Part shown: one piece after another, positions 46,195 to 54,757 of the stretch | Layout: each line of letters starts with the position of its first letter | Numbering within the stretch: the stretch's first letter is position 1 | Source of the DNA: Candidatus Latescibacterota bacterium | Lineage (GTDB): Bacteria; Latescibacterota; UBA2968; GCA-2709665 | Direction: 5' to 3' | Length of the DNA: 64,000 nucleotides | Assembly: GCA_965248435.1 (NCBI GenBank) | Contig: OZ252100.1 | Location: 96,001 to 160,000 of the forward strand | The notes under the pieces: model-generated | What the model saw: only the letters and a program-made list of their open reading frames with translations | Told to the model about the DNA's origin: nothing | Database searches by the model: none | Position numbers and translations under genes: made by a program

Positions 46195-48786
46195 GTGCCG
46201 CTAGAAGAGCAAATCGTTGAGTGGAGCACCTCACGGCCGCCTTGGCAACGGGCGGTACTCAGAGCAGTTGCCCTGGGGGATGTGCTTTCCGACAAGGACT
46301 ACGACGAGTTAGTGGACGCCCTTGTGGCATCCAAGGAGGTCGGGCACGCTAGCTTCGGCCTCGAGCAGCTTCCACAGGTAGACGCCTTCGACCCTTCGGT
46401 CACGCTTCTCTCAATCACAGACCCCGAGCACGTAAACGCACTCGCATCCGATAAGCCGCTCACTTTCGAGCCGACCGGCTTCACCATCATCTACGGTGAC
46501 AACGCGAGTGGAAAATCGGGCTACGCCCGGCTATTGAAGCGCATCGCTCGCGCGCGGCATCAGGAGGAAGTCATTTCGGATGTCTTCCGCGACTCGGCGC
46601 TCGCGAAGCCAAAGGCAGCCCTCACGGTGAGAGTCGGAGGCGACAAAACGTCGCTCACCTGGCCAGAGTCGGCCCGGCCGGAGCTGCAGCGAATACTCTT
46701 CTACGACGAGGCATGCGGAGACGCCTACATCGGAACGGAGTCCGACTTCCCCTATCGGCCTTCAGCCCTCTTCGTAATGGACGGCCTCATCGAAACTTGT
46801 ATCGCCATCAGAAGCCGCATCGATACCAAACTGGAAGAAAACGCGAGATCCGCGAAGGCCTTGCCCGTGGTCGACGAAGACGTCAAGCAGACCGAGGTCG
46901 GCAAGTACCTGGCGCAGCTCTCAACGAGCTCCTCGATCGAGGCTCTGGACTCGCTCATCGGCAAGTTAAACGCGTCGACGGAAACGATCGACGACCTCAA
47001 GAGCGAAGAAGCCCGCCTGCAGAGCGCCGACACGATCAAGGAGATGCAGAAGCTCACAAGGCAGGCCGACAAGCTCGACTCGCTGCGAACCCACCTCCAG
47101 GGCCTTCAAGGGGCGTTGGCAGACGACGCCGTCACAGCTTTTCAGGAACGAAGGGACCGGCTGCGAGCGCTCGAGGAAGCGGCCGACCTTCTCGCGAAGT
47201 CCTTCGAGTCAGAGCCGCTCTCTGGAGTTGGGACATCACCCTGGAAGGAGCTGTGGGAGTCGGCACGCCGCTTCTCGGAAGTCAGCGCGTACCCCGACGA
47301 CGCCTTCCCGGTCGTGGCAGAGGATGCTTATTGCGTACTGTGCCAGCAGCTCCTTGAGGAAGACGGCCGTGAGCGTCTCTCTCGGTTCGAGCGCTTCGTT
47401 CAGGATGACACTCAGACGCGGCTCCGAGCAGCTCGCGACAACTGGGGCGCGCGGGTTGAGACAATCAGCAACCTCCGCACCGCGCCCGAAGCGGTCGAAA
47501 TGAACCTGAAGGACCTTGAGGCGGAGCACGCGGATCTCGTTTCCGAGGCGAAGGAGCTTCTCTCGAAGTACGAGGCCGCTCGTGCGAGCGTCGTCGATGC
47601 CCTTCCGGGCACCGGTGACCTTCCTCGCAATGGTCTCAGACCATCGGACACGAACTCTCGGCTCGAGGCAGCTGCTGCGGCAGCGAGGTCAGCAGCCGAA
47701 GGCCTTTCGAACCCGGAGACCATCAAGGAGCGGCTCGCGGCCATCACGACCAGGAGGAAGGAGCTTGAGCTTCTCCAAGAGGTCAAGAGCCGGCGCAAGG
47801 ACGTCGCCGATGAGATCGCACGCATAAAAGAGCGCGAGGTACTCGAAGCGGTCAAGAACGCCGCCGCGACGGGACCGATCACCAAGAAAGTCCTGGAGCT
47901 CTCCGAGGGCAACATTACAGAGGTGGTCCGCGACACCTTCACTCGCGAAACTGACCGCCTACACCTCGAGCGCGTAACCATCGCGAAGACGCGGGGCGAC
48001 AGGGGAGCGCTGCTGCATCAGCCCAAGCTCGTCGGCGCACGTCAGAGCGTCACGCTGCCGCGCGTGTTGAGCGAAGGCGAGCGAACGGCCCTCGGTCTCG
48101 CCGCATTTTTTACTGAAGCTCACCTCGACGCTTCCAAGTCCGCCCTCATCCTGGATGACCCGGTCAGCTCACTCGACCATATCCGTCGGGGACTCGTCGC
48201 GGCTCGTCTTGCAGCGCTCGCCGAGACCCACCAGGTTGTCGTTTTCACGCACGACACCTCCTTTGTATTGGACCTCAGGCGAGAGGCGAAGGGCCTGGGC
48301 GTCCCCGTTGGCGAGCGGTCAGTGACAAGAGGGCGTGGAGGAGAAAGAAAGCCCGGGACATGCAGCACCAAGCACCCATGGAAAGTTAAGGACGTTCCCG
48401 AACGCCTCGGAGAGCTTCGTAACGAGCTGGCTCGCATCAAGAGAGACTGTGGGGACTGGGACGAGGAAACCTACGAGAACGAGGTGGCCACATGGGCGGG
48501 GAACCTGTCGGAAACGTGGGAGCGCGTCTTTAGCCAGGAGGTGGTCGGACCCGTTTTGGCGGAGGGAGGGCTGGAGGTTCGCCCGAATATGGTGAAGATC
48601 CTGGCCCGCTTCTCAGAGGACGACGAGAGAGAATTCCAGGCCAGCTACAGTCGCGTCTCGCAGTGGGTAAAGCGCCACGACAAGAGCGGGATGGTGAACT
48701 ACGTCGCACCCGAGATCGGCACGCTTCAAGAGGAGCTCGAACGGGTGGACAAGTGGTTCAAGCGAGTCAAGGGATACAAGAATTAG
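46195..48786 (+). CDS. Rad50/SMC-like ABC ATPase with zinc hook (RloC-like architecture)
   Basis: GDNASGKS, coiled coil with CVLCQQ, LSEGE, ILDDPVSSLD, VFTHD, helical C-terminal domain. Confidence 0.8.
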   Translation: MPLEEQIVEWSTSRPPWQRAVLRAVALGDVLSDKDYDELVDALVASKEVGHASFGLEQLPQVDAFDPSVTLLSITDPEHVNALASDKPLTFEPTGFTIIYGDNASGKSGYARLLKRIARARHQEEVISDVFRDSALAKPKAALTVRVGGDKTSLTWPESARPELQRILFYDEACGDAYIGTESDFPYRPSALFVMDGLIETCIAIRSRIDTKLEENARSAKALPVVDEDVKQTEVGKYLAQLSTSSSIEALDSLIGKLNASTETIDDLKSEEARLQSADTIKEMQKLTRQADKLDSLRTHLQGLQGALADDAVTAFQERRDRLRALEEAADLLAKSFESEPLSGVGTSPWKELWESARRFSEVSAYPDDAFPVVAEDAYCVLCQQLLEEDGRERLSRFERFVQDDTQTRLRAARDNWGARVETISNLRTAPEAVEMNLKDLEAEHADLVSEAKELLSKYEAARASVVDALPGTGDLPRNGLRPSDTNSRLEAAAAAARSAAEGLSNPETIKERLAAITTRRKELELLQEVKSRRKDVADEIARIKEREVLEAVKNAAATGPITKKVLELSEGNITEVVRDTFTRETDRLHLERVTIAKTRGDRGALLHQPKLVGARQSVTLPRVLSEGERTALGLAAFFTEAHLDASKSALILDDPVSSLDHIRRGLVAARLAALAETHQVVVFTHDTSFVLDLRREAKGLGVPVGERSVTRGRGGERKPGTCSTKHPWKVKDVPERLGELRNELARIKRDCGDWDEETYENEVATWAGNLSETWERVFSQEVVGPVLAEGGLEVRPNMVKILARFSEDDEREFQASYSRVSQWVKRHDKSGMVNYVAPEIGTLQEELERVDKWFKRVKGYKN

Positions 48787-49044
48787 ACAGTTCTACCAGG
48801 ACGAAATGTGAGCTGGTCGAGTACTCGGGTGCCGGAGATTCGCTTGGAAATTAAGTTCTTGCTCCTCGCTGTAGTGACCTTGCTGCATAACACGCGTTTG
48901 CAGATTCTTGCTAACAGCCTGCTAACGAAGCAACCCAAAATAGCCCGAAAGAGGCTTTATTGAACAAATAAAGAGATTCGTATAACTTGCTGCCGCAAAA
49001 CCGGATGGCCCCTGCCTGCGCAACCGTCGATCTGACGTCAAACG

Positions 49045-49091
49045 GCTTCGGGAGCAGGAGGCCGGAGGTTCAAATCTTCTCGCCCCGACCA
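49045..49091 (+). repeat. att site: 3' half of tRNA-Pro(CGG)
   Basis: GCTTCGGGAGCAGGAGGCCGGAGGTTCAAATCTTCTCGCCCCGACCA. Confidence 0.93.
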
Positions 49092-49127
49092 TAAATAACA
49101 AAGGGTTACGGACTCGCCCCTCGAAGG

Positions 49128-49674
49128 TTTGCCCCCCGAAGGTTCACCCCCGAGCACATGTCGCCCGATCTGGTCGCGTGCCTCGGGGAGACACGCACAT
49201 GGCTCGGGAAGCGCCGTGGACTTCTCCCGCCCGAAGCATCCACATGGCGACGCCTGCGCTCCTGGCTCCGGGCATCATTCGGCGTTCTCGCTCCATATCT
49301 ACGAGATCAACCATGCAGCATCGAGGAGGCTCGGCGGGATCGTCGAGGACGCCGCCGCGCTCTGCCTGGCGAGCGATTGGAGCTTGCACGAGATCCCGAA
49401 CGCCTACGCCGACGGATAGATCCATGAGGAGAAGCTCCGCGTTACCGCAGAGCTTTTGTTCGAGGCCTACCTAAAACTCGAACGTCTCAACGTGTGGACC
49501 GGCGTCGGCCTCTATCCTCGGCAATACAATCCAGGGTTTTATGTGGATCTCCGCCCGGCCGATCATCCGGCCTACCGGTTCCGATGGTGGAGGGAGGGAC
49601 CAGGGCTCTACCCGGAACTGACCTGGCAGGCCTACCGCGACGCGATGGGATTCCCTACGATCGTAGGAACCTGA
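49128..49674 (+). pseudogene. Peptidase M15A / endolysin-like pseudogene
   Basis: MSPDLVACLGETRTWLGK; frameshift near 49240; SLH...ASD; in-frame TAG 49417-49419; GVGLYP...GFYVDLR. Confidence 0.55.
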
Positions 49675-49734
49675 AATTCATTAAGCCTTTTTCGATTCTC
49701 GCCGATATAAGATAATACGATCAACTATCCCGCG

Positions 49735-49770
49735 AAGGGCGTTGGCTTCCAGTATGGGCCAGCGCCCTTT
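49735..49770 (+). terminator. Probable intrinsic terminator
   Basis: AAGGGCGTTGGC-N11-GCCAGCGCCCTTT. Confidence 0.65.
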
Positions 49771-49848
49771 GTGTTTTGGCTAAAACCATTGTCAAAATTG
49801 GATTCGAAAAGTATATTTAGGGAAAGCTTTAGGCAGGAGGTTGATGTT

Positions 49849-50061
49849 ATGTGGTTCGAGGTTGACTATAGGGATTGGCAAGCGAAGGCCGCAAAGACTC
49901 AGGCCGGCTGGGAGGTCTCGATAAGCAGCAGGCGCGGGGAGGTCAAGAGAGGGTATTTACTCCCCGATGTTGCGGATGAACAAGCAGCCTTGGACCGAGG
50001 CCAGGAGATATTCCGTGAGCAGTTTCGTGAAGCAAAAGACGCCGGAAAGCCGTTTCCGTGA
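49849..50061 (+). CDS. Small hypothetical protein (70 aa) with its own promoter
   Basis: TTGTCA(49789)-N17-TATATT(49812), AGGAGG RBS at 49835, ATG 49849. Confidence 0.7.
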   Translation: MWFEVDYRDWQAKAAKTQAGWEVSISSRRGEVKRGYLLPDVADEQAALDRGQEIFREQFREAKDAGKPFP

Positions 50062-50201
50062 CTGTGACCAAAACGTGTCCACGGAGGGTCCTAATTGTGC
50101 ATCCAAAGGGTAGGGGAAGTGCCTCGCTAAACGTCAACCATCTCAATGGGATTTCATAACTTAAATTAATTCCTGACACTTAGAAAACACGTCGGTTCAT
50201 T

Positions 50202-50247
50202 CTTCGGGAGCAGGAGGCCGGAGGTTCAAATCCTCTCGCCCCGACCA
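50202..50247 (+). repeat. att site: second 3' copy of tRNA-Pro(CGG)
   Basis: 46 bp identical to 44613-44658. Confidence 0.93.
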
Positions 50248-50403
50248 ATTTAAAGGATTAAGGCACGAGGAGTTACGAGGATGAAACACCGCCTCGATCC
50301 CGTGCCTTTTCCATATATTTAGCAGTGATCCCTTTTTCGGATACAAGGCTTGTTAAAGCCTGCACCTTGACTGTTCATACACAAATCTCAAAGGAGGCGA
50401 ACC

Positions 50404-50829
50404 ATGTTTTCGTTGTTGACGAGGACGATGTTCTTGACTGTAGCAGTATCCGTTGCGTGCCTCCCGACGGTTGTCTACGCCGATGAAGGCACCGCGAAGA
50501 AGGAAGAGAAACCGGTCCCAGCTGGGGTGATTCACGCTGATGTAGAGGGCAAGAACTTCTGCCTGGGCTGCGCCCTGAAGAAGAAGAAGGGCGCGGCGGC
50601 TCAGTGCAGCCTGTTCGGTCACAAGCATTCGCTGCGCGTCAGCCGAGCCACCGGAGAGGACGGCAAAGAGCTGGCCGATCTGAAGGGCTGGGTGCTTCAT
50701 TACCTCGAGAACGAAAAGAGCAAGGCGCTGATCCGAGAACACCACGGTGAAAACGTCAAACTCTCGGGCATCATATACTCTCATGAGAGGGTCTTCGAAG
50801 TCAGCTCGATGGAAAAACAACCCAAGTAG
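50404..50829 (+). CDS. Secreted hypothetical protein with Cys/His motif
   Basis: AGGAGG RBS, signal peptide, CLGC...QCSLFGHKH. Confidence 0.75.
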   Translation: MFSLLTRTMFLTVAVSVACLPTVVYADEGTAKKEEKPVPAGVIHADVEGKNFCLGCALKKKKGAAAQCSLFGHKHSLRVSRATGEDGKELADLKGWVLHYLENEKSKALIREHHGENVKLSGIIYSHERVFEVSSMEKQPK

Positions 50830-50867
50830 GCAGTCAATATCTCTCAAAGAGGGGATTGGAGTTCGCC

Positions 50868-51884
50868 ATGCCTGGATTCAGCAGACCGGACGACGAGTAT
50901 CGCTACAGGATGGCAACAGAGGCGCGGGCGATCAACGATGCGTTCGTGGAGCGGGGCGTCCCGAAACGAAGGAGGAATCGCCTTCTCGTGGCGAGCTGGA
51001 ACCTCGCGAACCTCGGTGATCAGGACCGGACCCCACTCGACCTGCGGCTCATGGCGCATCTACTCTCGCGTTTCGATCTGATTGCAGTACAGGAGATCAA
51101 GCGCGACCACGATCACTTCGAGCGGCTCGTCGGATACATGGATAATTACGATTTCGTGATGAGTGATACTGCCGGGAATGAGGAAAGACTTGCCTTCATC
51201 TACCGATCGGGTTGGGTGATCCCTCGCCAGATGTTCGGTGAAATCGCCCTGCCCAAACGGGTATGGCCACGCTACACCGTGAAGGTCCCCTACCGTTCGC
51301 GAGGTAAGGACAAGGTCCAGACCTTTCGAAATCACCCATTCCAGCCCTTCGATCGAAACCCATTTATCGGGACGTTCCGGTGCGATCGACTCGACTTCAC
51401 GATCGTGAACGTCCACCTCTACTACGGGGCCTCGAAGAGTCGGGATCGGAAGAAATATGCGCGGCGCGTCCTGGAGATCTTCGCACTCGCAAGATGGGCA
51501 GAGAAGCACGCCAACCGTGATGATGCCTACGACAATGACATCGTGCTGACCGGGGACATGAACGTCCCGACGATGGATCAGAGTGAGCCGGCCTATAAAG
51601 CACTTTTGAGATCAGGCCTTCAACCGACGCAGTACGCCTCCAAAACGGGAAGCAATCTGGACGGGACAAAGGCCTACGACCAGCTCGCCGTCACGCCAGG
51701 ACATCTTGGCAGGATACAGACCGCTTCGGGTGTTTTCGATTTCGATAACTTCGTCTACAGAAGGCTTTGGAATCGGCTCGTCGATCAGAACACGAAACAT
51801 CGTGCGACAAAACTCTTTCGATCCTACCTGCGTGCCTACCTCTCGGATCACCGGCCGCTGTGGATCGAGTTTCGAACCCGCTGA
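50868..51884 (+). CDS. Endonuclease/exonuclease/phosphatase (DNase I-like) protein
   Basis: ASWN, IAVQE, NVHL, GDMN, YDQ, SDHRPLW. Confidence 0.9.
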   Translation: MPGFSRPDDEYRYRMATEARAINDAFVERGVPKRRRNRLLVASWNLANLGDQDRTPLDLRLMAHLLSRFDLIAVQEIKRDHDHFERLVGYMDNYDFVMSDTAGNEERLAFIYRSGWVIPRQMFGEIALPKRVWPRYTVKVPYRSRGKDKVQTFRNHPFQPFDRNPFIGTFRCDRLDFTIVNVHLYYGASKSRDRKKYARRVLEIFALARWAEKHANRDDAYDNDIVLTGDMNVPTMDQSEPAYKALLRSGLQPTQYASKTGSNLDGTKAYDQLAVTPGHLGRIQTASGVFDFDNFVYRRLWNRLVDQNTKHRATKLFRSYLRAYLSDHRPLWIEFRTR

Positions 51885-51942
51885 TCGGCAGAAATTCTCC
51901 CGGCACTGGATGTGATTCAGGAGACAGAGAAGAGATTACCGT

Positions 51943-52725
51943 TTGGCTGGACTATCCACGGACGACATCCGCTTTTTCAAGCGCGAGGGCTATCTGATTA
52001 AACGGGGTGTTCTGGATCCCGGCTTGATGGCGCGGGCACGGGACGCCCTTTGGGCGGCCGCACCTCCGGATCTGGACCGCAACAACCGCGAGTCCTGGGT
52101 CGGTCCGTTTCCGGAAAGGATAGACTCGCCGAATGTGATGCGCGGATACATCTGGAAGTGCCGCGAACGGGGTGGGGAAGACTGGATGGTGAGACTTCTG
52201 GCGACAGATCCAACCATCTGGGAGATGGCGGAACAGTGCCTCGGAAAAGGCACCCTGAAGACGCCAGAGAAGATTCGTGGGATCTACTGCACGTTTCCGG
52301 AGGGGCAAAAACCGGCGGAGACTCCGACCGGCCACTGCGACGGACACGCGTTTCATCTAGGCGTCGTGGGGTATGTCGATGAGGTGCATCCTAACGGGGG
52401 CGGCCTGAAGGTCTGGCCCGGGAGTCATCGGAAACTCTATCACGACTACACGAGCCGCTACCGCAACGAACCGACCGAGGATTATGAGCGGGACATCGAG
52501 ACCTTCAATCAGCAGCCTTACGTAGACTTTCACGGGGATGCAGGAGACATCATTTTCTGGCACCACCGACTCGCCCATTCCGGAGGGCATAATCGCTCGC
52601 GCCAGATCAGAATGGCGGTGTTCTACGATTTTCGTAAACAGGACCTGGATGAGAAATCGGATCTGCCACCGGCTGAGGACATGTGGGAGGATTGGTCGGA
52701 GGAAGTGCGGTCTACAAAGGAATAG
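51943..52725 (+). CDS. Phytanoyl-CoA dioxygenase family protein
   Basis: FFKREGYL, HCD, VWPGSH, GD..FWHHRLAH..R. Confidence 0.85.
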   Translation: MAGLSTDDIRFFKREGYLIKRGVLDPGLMARARDALWAAAPPDLDRNNRESWVGPFPERIDSPNVMRGYIWKCRERGGEDWMVRLLATDPTIWEMAEQCLGKGTLKTPEKIRGIYCTFPEGQKPAETPTGHCDGHAFHLGVVGYVDEVHPNGGGLKVWPGSHRKLYHDYTSRYRNEPTEDYERDIETFNQQPYVDFHGDAGDIIFWHHRLAHSGGHNRSRQIRMAVFYDFRKQDLDEKSDLPPAEDMWEDWSEEVRSTKE

Positions 52726-52754
52726 AGGGAATACGGTTGCAGCGGGAGTGACGG

Positions 52755-53399
52755 CTACTGAAACAGCTCTACATCTACGGCCTGCCACAGATACCAGCTT
52801 GCGGCGGATCGAAAGGGTCTCCACTTTTCGCCAATTTTCTGCAGTTCTTTTGGTGTAGGGAGTTCCTCCAGACCATAGGCGACCCGAAGTCCTTTGCGCA
52901 CACCCAGGTCTCCCACCGGTAGGACATCCGGACGGCCCAGGTAGAAGATGAGCAGCATATGCACGGTCCATGGTCCAATCCCCTTGACCGCGACCAGGCG
53001 ATCCACGATCTCCTCATCCTCCATGCGCCTTAGCTCGGCCGCTGTCGGAAGGCTCCCATCTAGCGTCTTCGACGCAAGGTCCTTTATCGCGTTCACCTTT
53101 GCGTAGGCCATCCCCGCGCCACGAAACGCTTCATCATCCGTTTTTAGGACTTGCCTGGGGAGCGGCGGCTTACCGTTGTTCAACTCCATGACCCGTCCGT
53201 AAATCGAGGCAGCTGCCTTGCCCGAGAGCTGCTGCCCGATGATCGATCTCATCAGTGTTTCGAACGGGCTGGATAGATTTCTCGTTTTGAGTCGGAACGG
53301 ACCCACCCCGTCGATGATTCGGGCGAGTCTCTTGTCGGCCTTTCGCAGCGCGTGCACTGCCGCCTTCCGGTTATACTGAAGCCGCATCCATTCCCTCAA
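52755..53399 (-). CDS. DNA-3-methyladenine glycosylase II-like (HhH-GPD)
   Basis: IIGQQLS, VKGIGPWT, PVGDLGVR, WRPFRS.A.WYLW. Confidence 0.92.
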   Translation of the reverse strand: MREWMRLQYNRKAAVHALRKADKRLARIIDGVGPFRLKTRNLSSPFETLMRSIIGQQLSGKAAASIYGRVMELNNGKPPLPRQVLKTDDEAFRGAGMAYAKVNAIKDLASKTLDGSLPTAAELRRMEDEEIVDRLVAVKGIGPWTVHMLLIFYLGRPDVLPVGDLGVRKGLRVAYGLEELPTPKELQKIGEKWRPFRSAASWYLWQAVDVELFQ

Positions 53400-53633
53400 A
53401 TATTGGGTCCTGTACCGTTTCTAGACGGTGAATATAGCATCGAGATCGTGGTCCCGCCAAAGGATTGAACAAGCGGCGCGTTGTTTAGAGGGGCGCATCC
53501 CGACACTGGGGTGCGTCCTTCTTTTGTGGTCCGAATCAAGATTGCGGTTGTGGACCACGTGGTGGATATCAGCCATAAGTTCCTCCGAACGAGGGTGTGA
53601 AAATGAGAGTGCGATGGAATCTAATTAAACTGT

Positions 53634-53689
53634 TAACAGCAAGTTATATATGTTAGCGACAGTTGCCACTGTATGGCATACATCCTGCT
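53634..53689 (+). promoter_or_regulatory. IHF-like site + sigma54 promoter, module 1
   Basis: TAACAG-CAAG-TTA (53634-53646); TGGCATACATCCTGCT (GG-N10-GC) at 53674-53689. Confidence 0.55.
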
Positions 53690-53876
53690 AAGAGTATGTC
53701 TGAAGTGATTGGGTGCGAGATGCCCGGACAATATCCGTTCTGCCTGAACCTGTCCGTAGCGGCTCGGTGACGGTAGCCTCGGGGCTTCCCCGAGGCGCAG
53801 ACGGTTGGCGATGGTTGTTAACACAAATCGCCAAAGCGTTCGAGCAAAGTTGATGGCACCAGAGCGCTGAATGTTG

Positions 53877-53935
53877 TAAATTATTGTTAATAAAGTAGGT
53901 GAGTGATCGTTGTCTCGGGTGGCTCAACTCTTGCA
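53877..53935 (+). promoter_or_regulatory. IHF-like site + sigma54 promoter, module 2
   Basis: Reverse TAACAA-TAAT-TTA (53889-53877); TGGCTCAACTCTTGCA (GG-N10-GC) at 53920-53935. Confidence 0.5.
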
Positions 53936-53997
53936 AATTGGATCCTAGAATCAGTCGGGCGTGATGTATTCTGAGGCCACTATGGGGGTGAGCAGTA

Positions 53998-54735
53998 ATG
54001 ACTGAGCATGGAGCTTCTTTGAGCGTCGGAGAGGTCGTTCCGACATTTGAACTTCCTGAGATCGGCCCCGGCGGCCTGCGCAGCTCAAAGGAGTTTTTGG
54101 GAAAGCCGGCGATCTTCTTCATGTGGGCCTCCTGGTGAGGCTGTCGCGCGCAGCTGCCTGGATGGCAGTCCTTCCACGAAGACCACGGAGACGTTTGCAA
54201 CCTGGTGGCGATCGCGCAGGATGCCCAGGGTGAGGACATCGTAACGCCCTGGCTGAACGAAGCCGGGGTTAAGTTCCCTGTACTGCTGGATCGCCGGAAT
54301 GAGATAGGGAAGTTGCTCTCGGTGAAATACGTTCCCGTCGGGATCCTTCTGGATTCGGACGGGAGATTCGTTCGGAACGTAGGAATGGTCGACATCCGCG
54401 ACGACAGATTCAGGAGTGAACTCGAGCACTGGGTCCGCAGACAAGAGGTGCCTGAGGCGTGGGCCGCTTCCGGTTGCGTCGACATCTCCGATTCTACGGA
54501 GGTTACGAGGGAGGAGCATCTGGCTGATGAGGCATTTCAGAGGGCCGTTGAGCATCTTCATTTGGGCCGCCGCGATGATGCGATTCGAGAGATGAACGTG
54601 GCGGTCATCCACGACCCGGAGAACTGGTTGATCCGAAAGCAACTTTGGGCAATCGAAGCTCCGGGCGCGTTCTATTCGGTTGATGTGGATTATGACTGGC
54701 AAAAGGACCGGCTTCGGCAACAAGACAAGCGTTGA
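53998..54735 (+). CDS. AhpC/TlpA thioredoxin-fold selenoprotein (UGA = Sec at 54136-54138)
   Basis: One frame: MTEH...VGEVVPTFELP...IFFMWASW-TGA-GCRAQLPGWQ... continuing into ORF 54205-54735; hairpin 54154-54168. Confidence 0.85.
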
Positions 54736-54757
54736 TGACCTCATGGGTTGAGTTGTG

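Larger units (their letters stand above)
44612..49091. mobile_element. Decayed integrative element 1 in tRNA-Pro(CGG)
   Basis: 47-bp direct repeat 44612-44658 / 49045-49091 (1 mismatch); integrase remnant; TGCTAAC doublets near both ends. Confidence 0.88.
49092..50247. mobile_element. Decayed integrative element 2 (prophage-like remnant)
   Basis: Bounded by two tRNA 3' copies; contains a peptidase M15-like pseudogene. Confidence 0.8.

Noticed and set aside
49045-50247. Extra tRNA-Pro genes
   Set aside because: Only the 3' halves are present; these are att duplications.
54205-54735. 176-aa ORF as a complete gene
   Set aside because: It is the part of the selenoprotein downstream of the recoded TGA.
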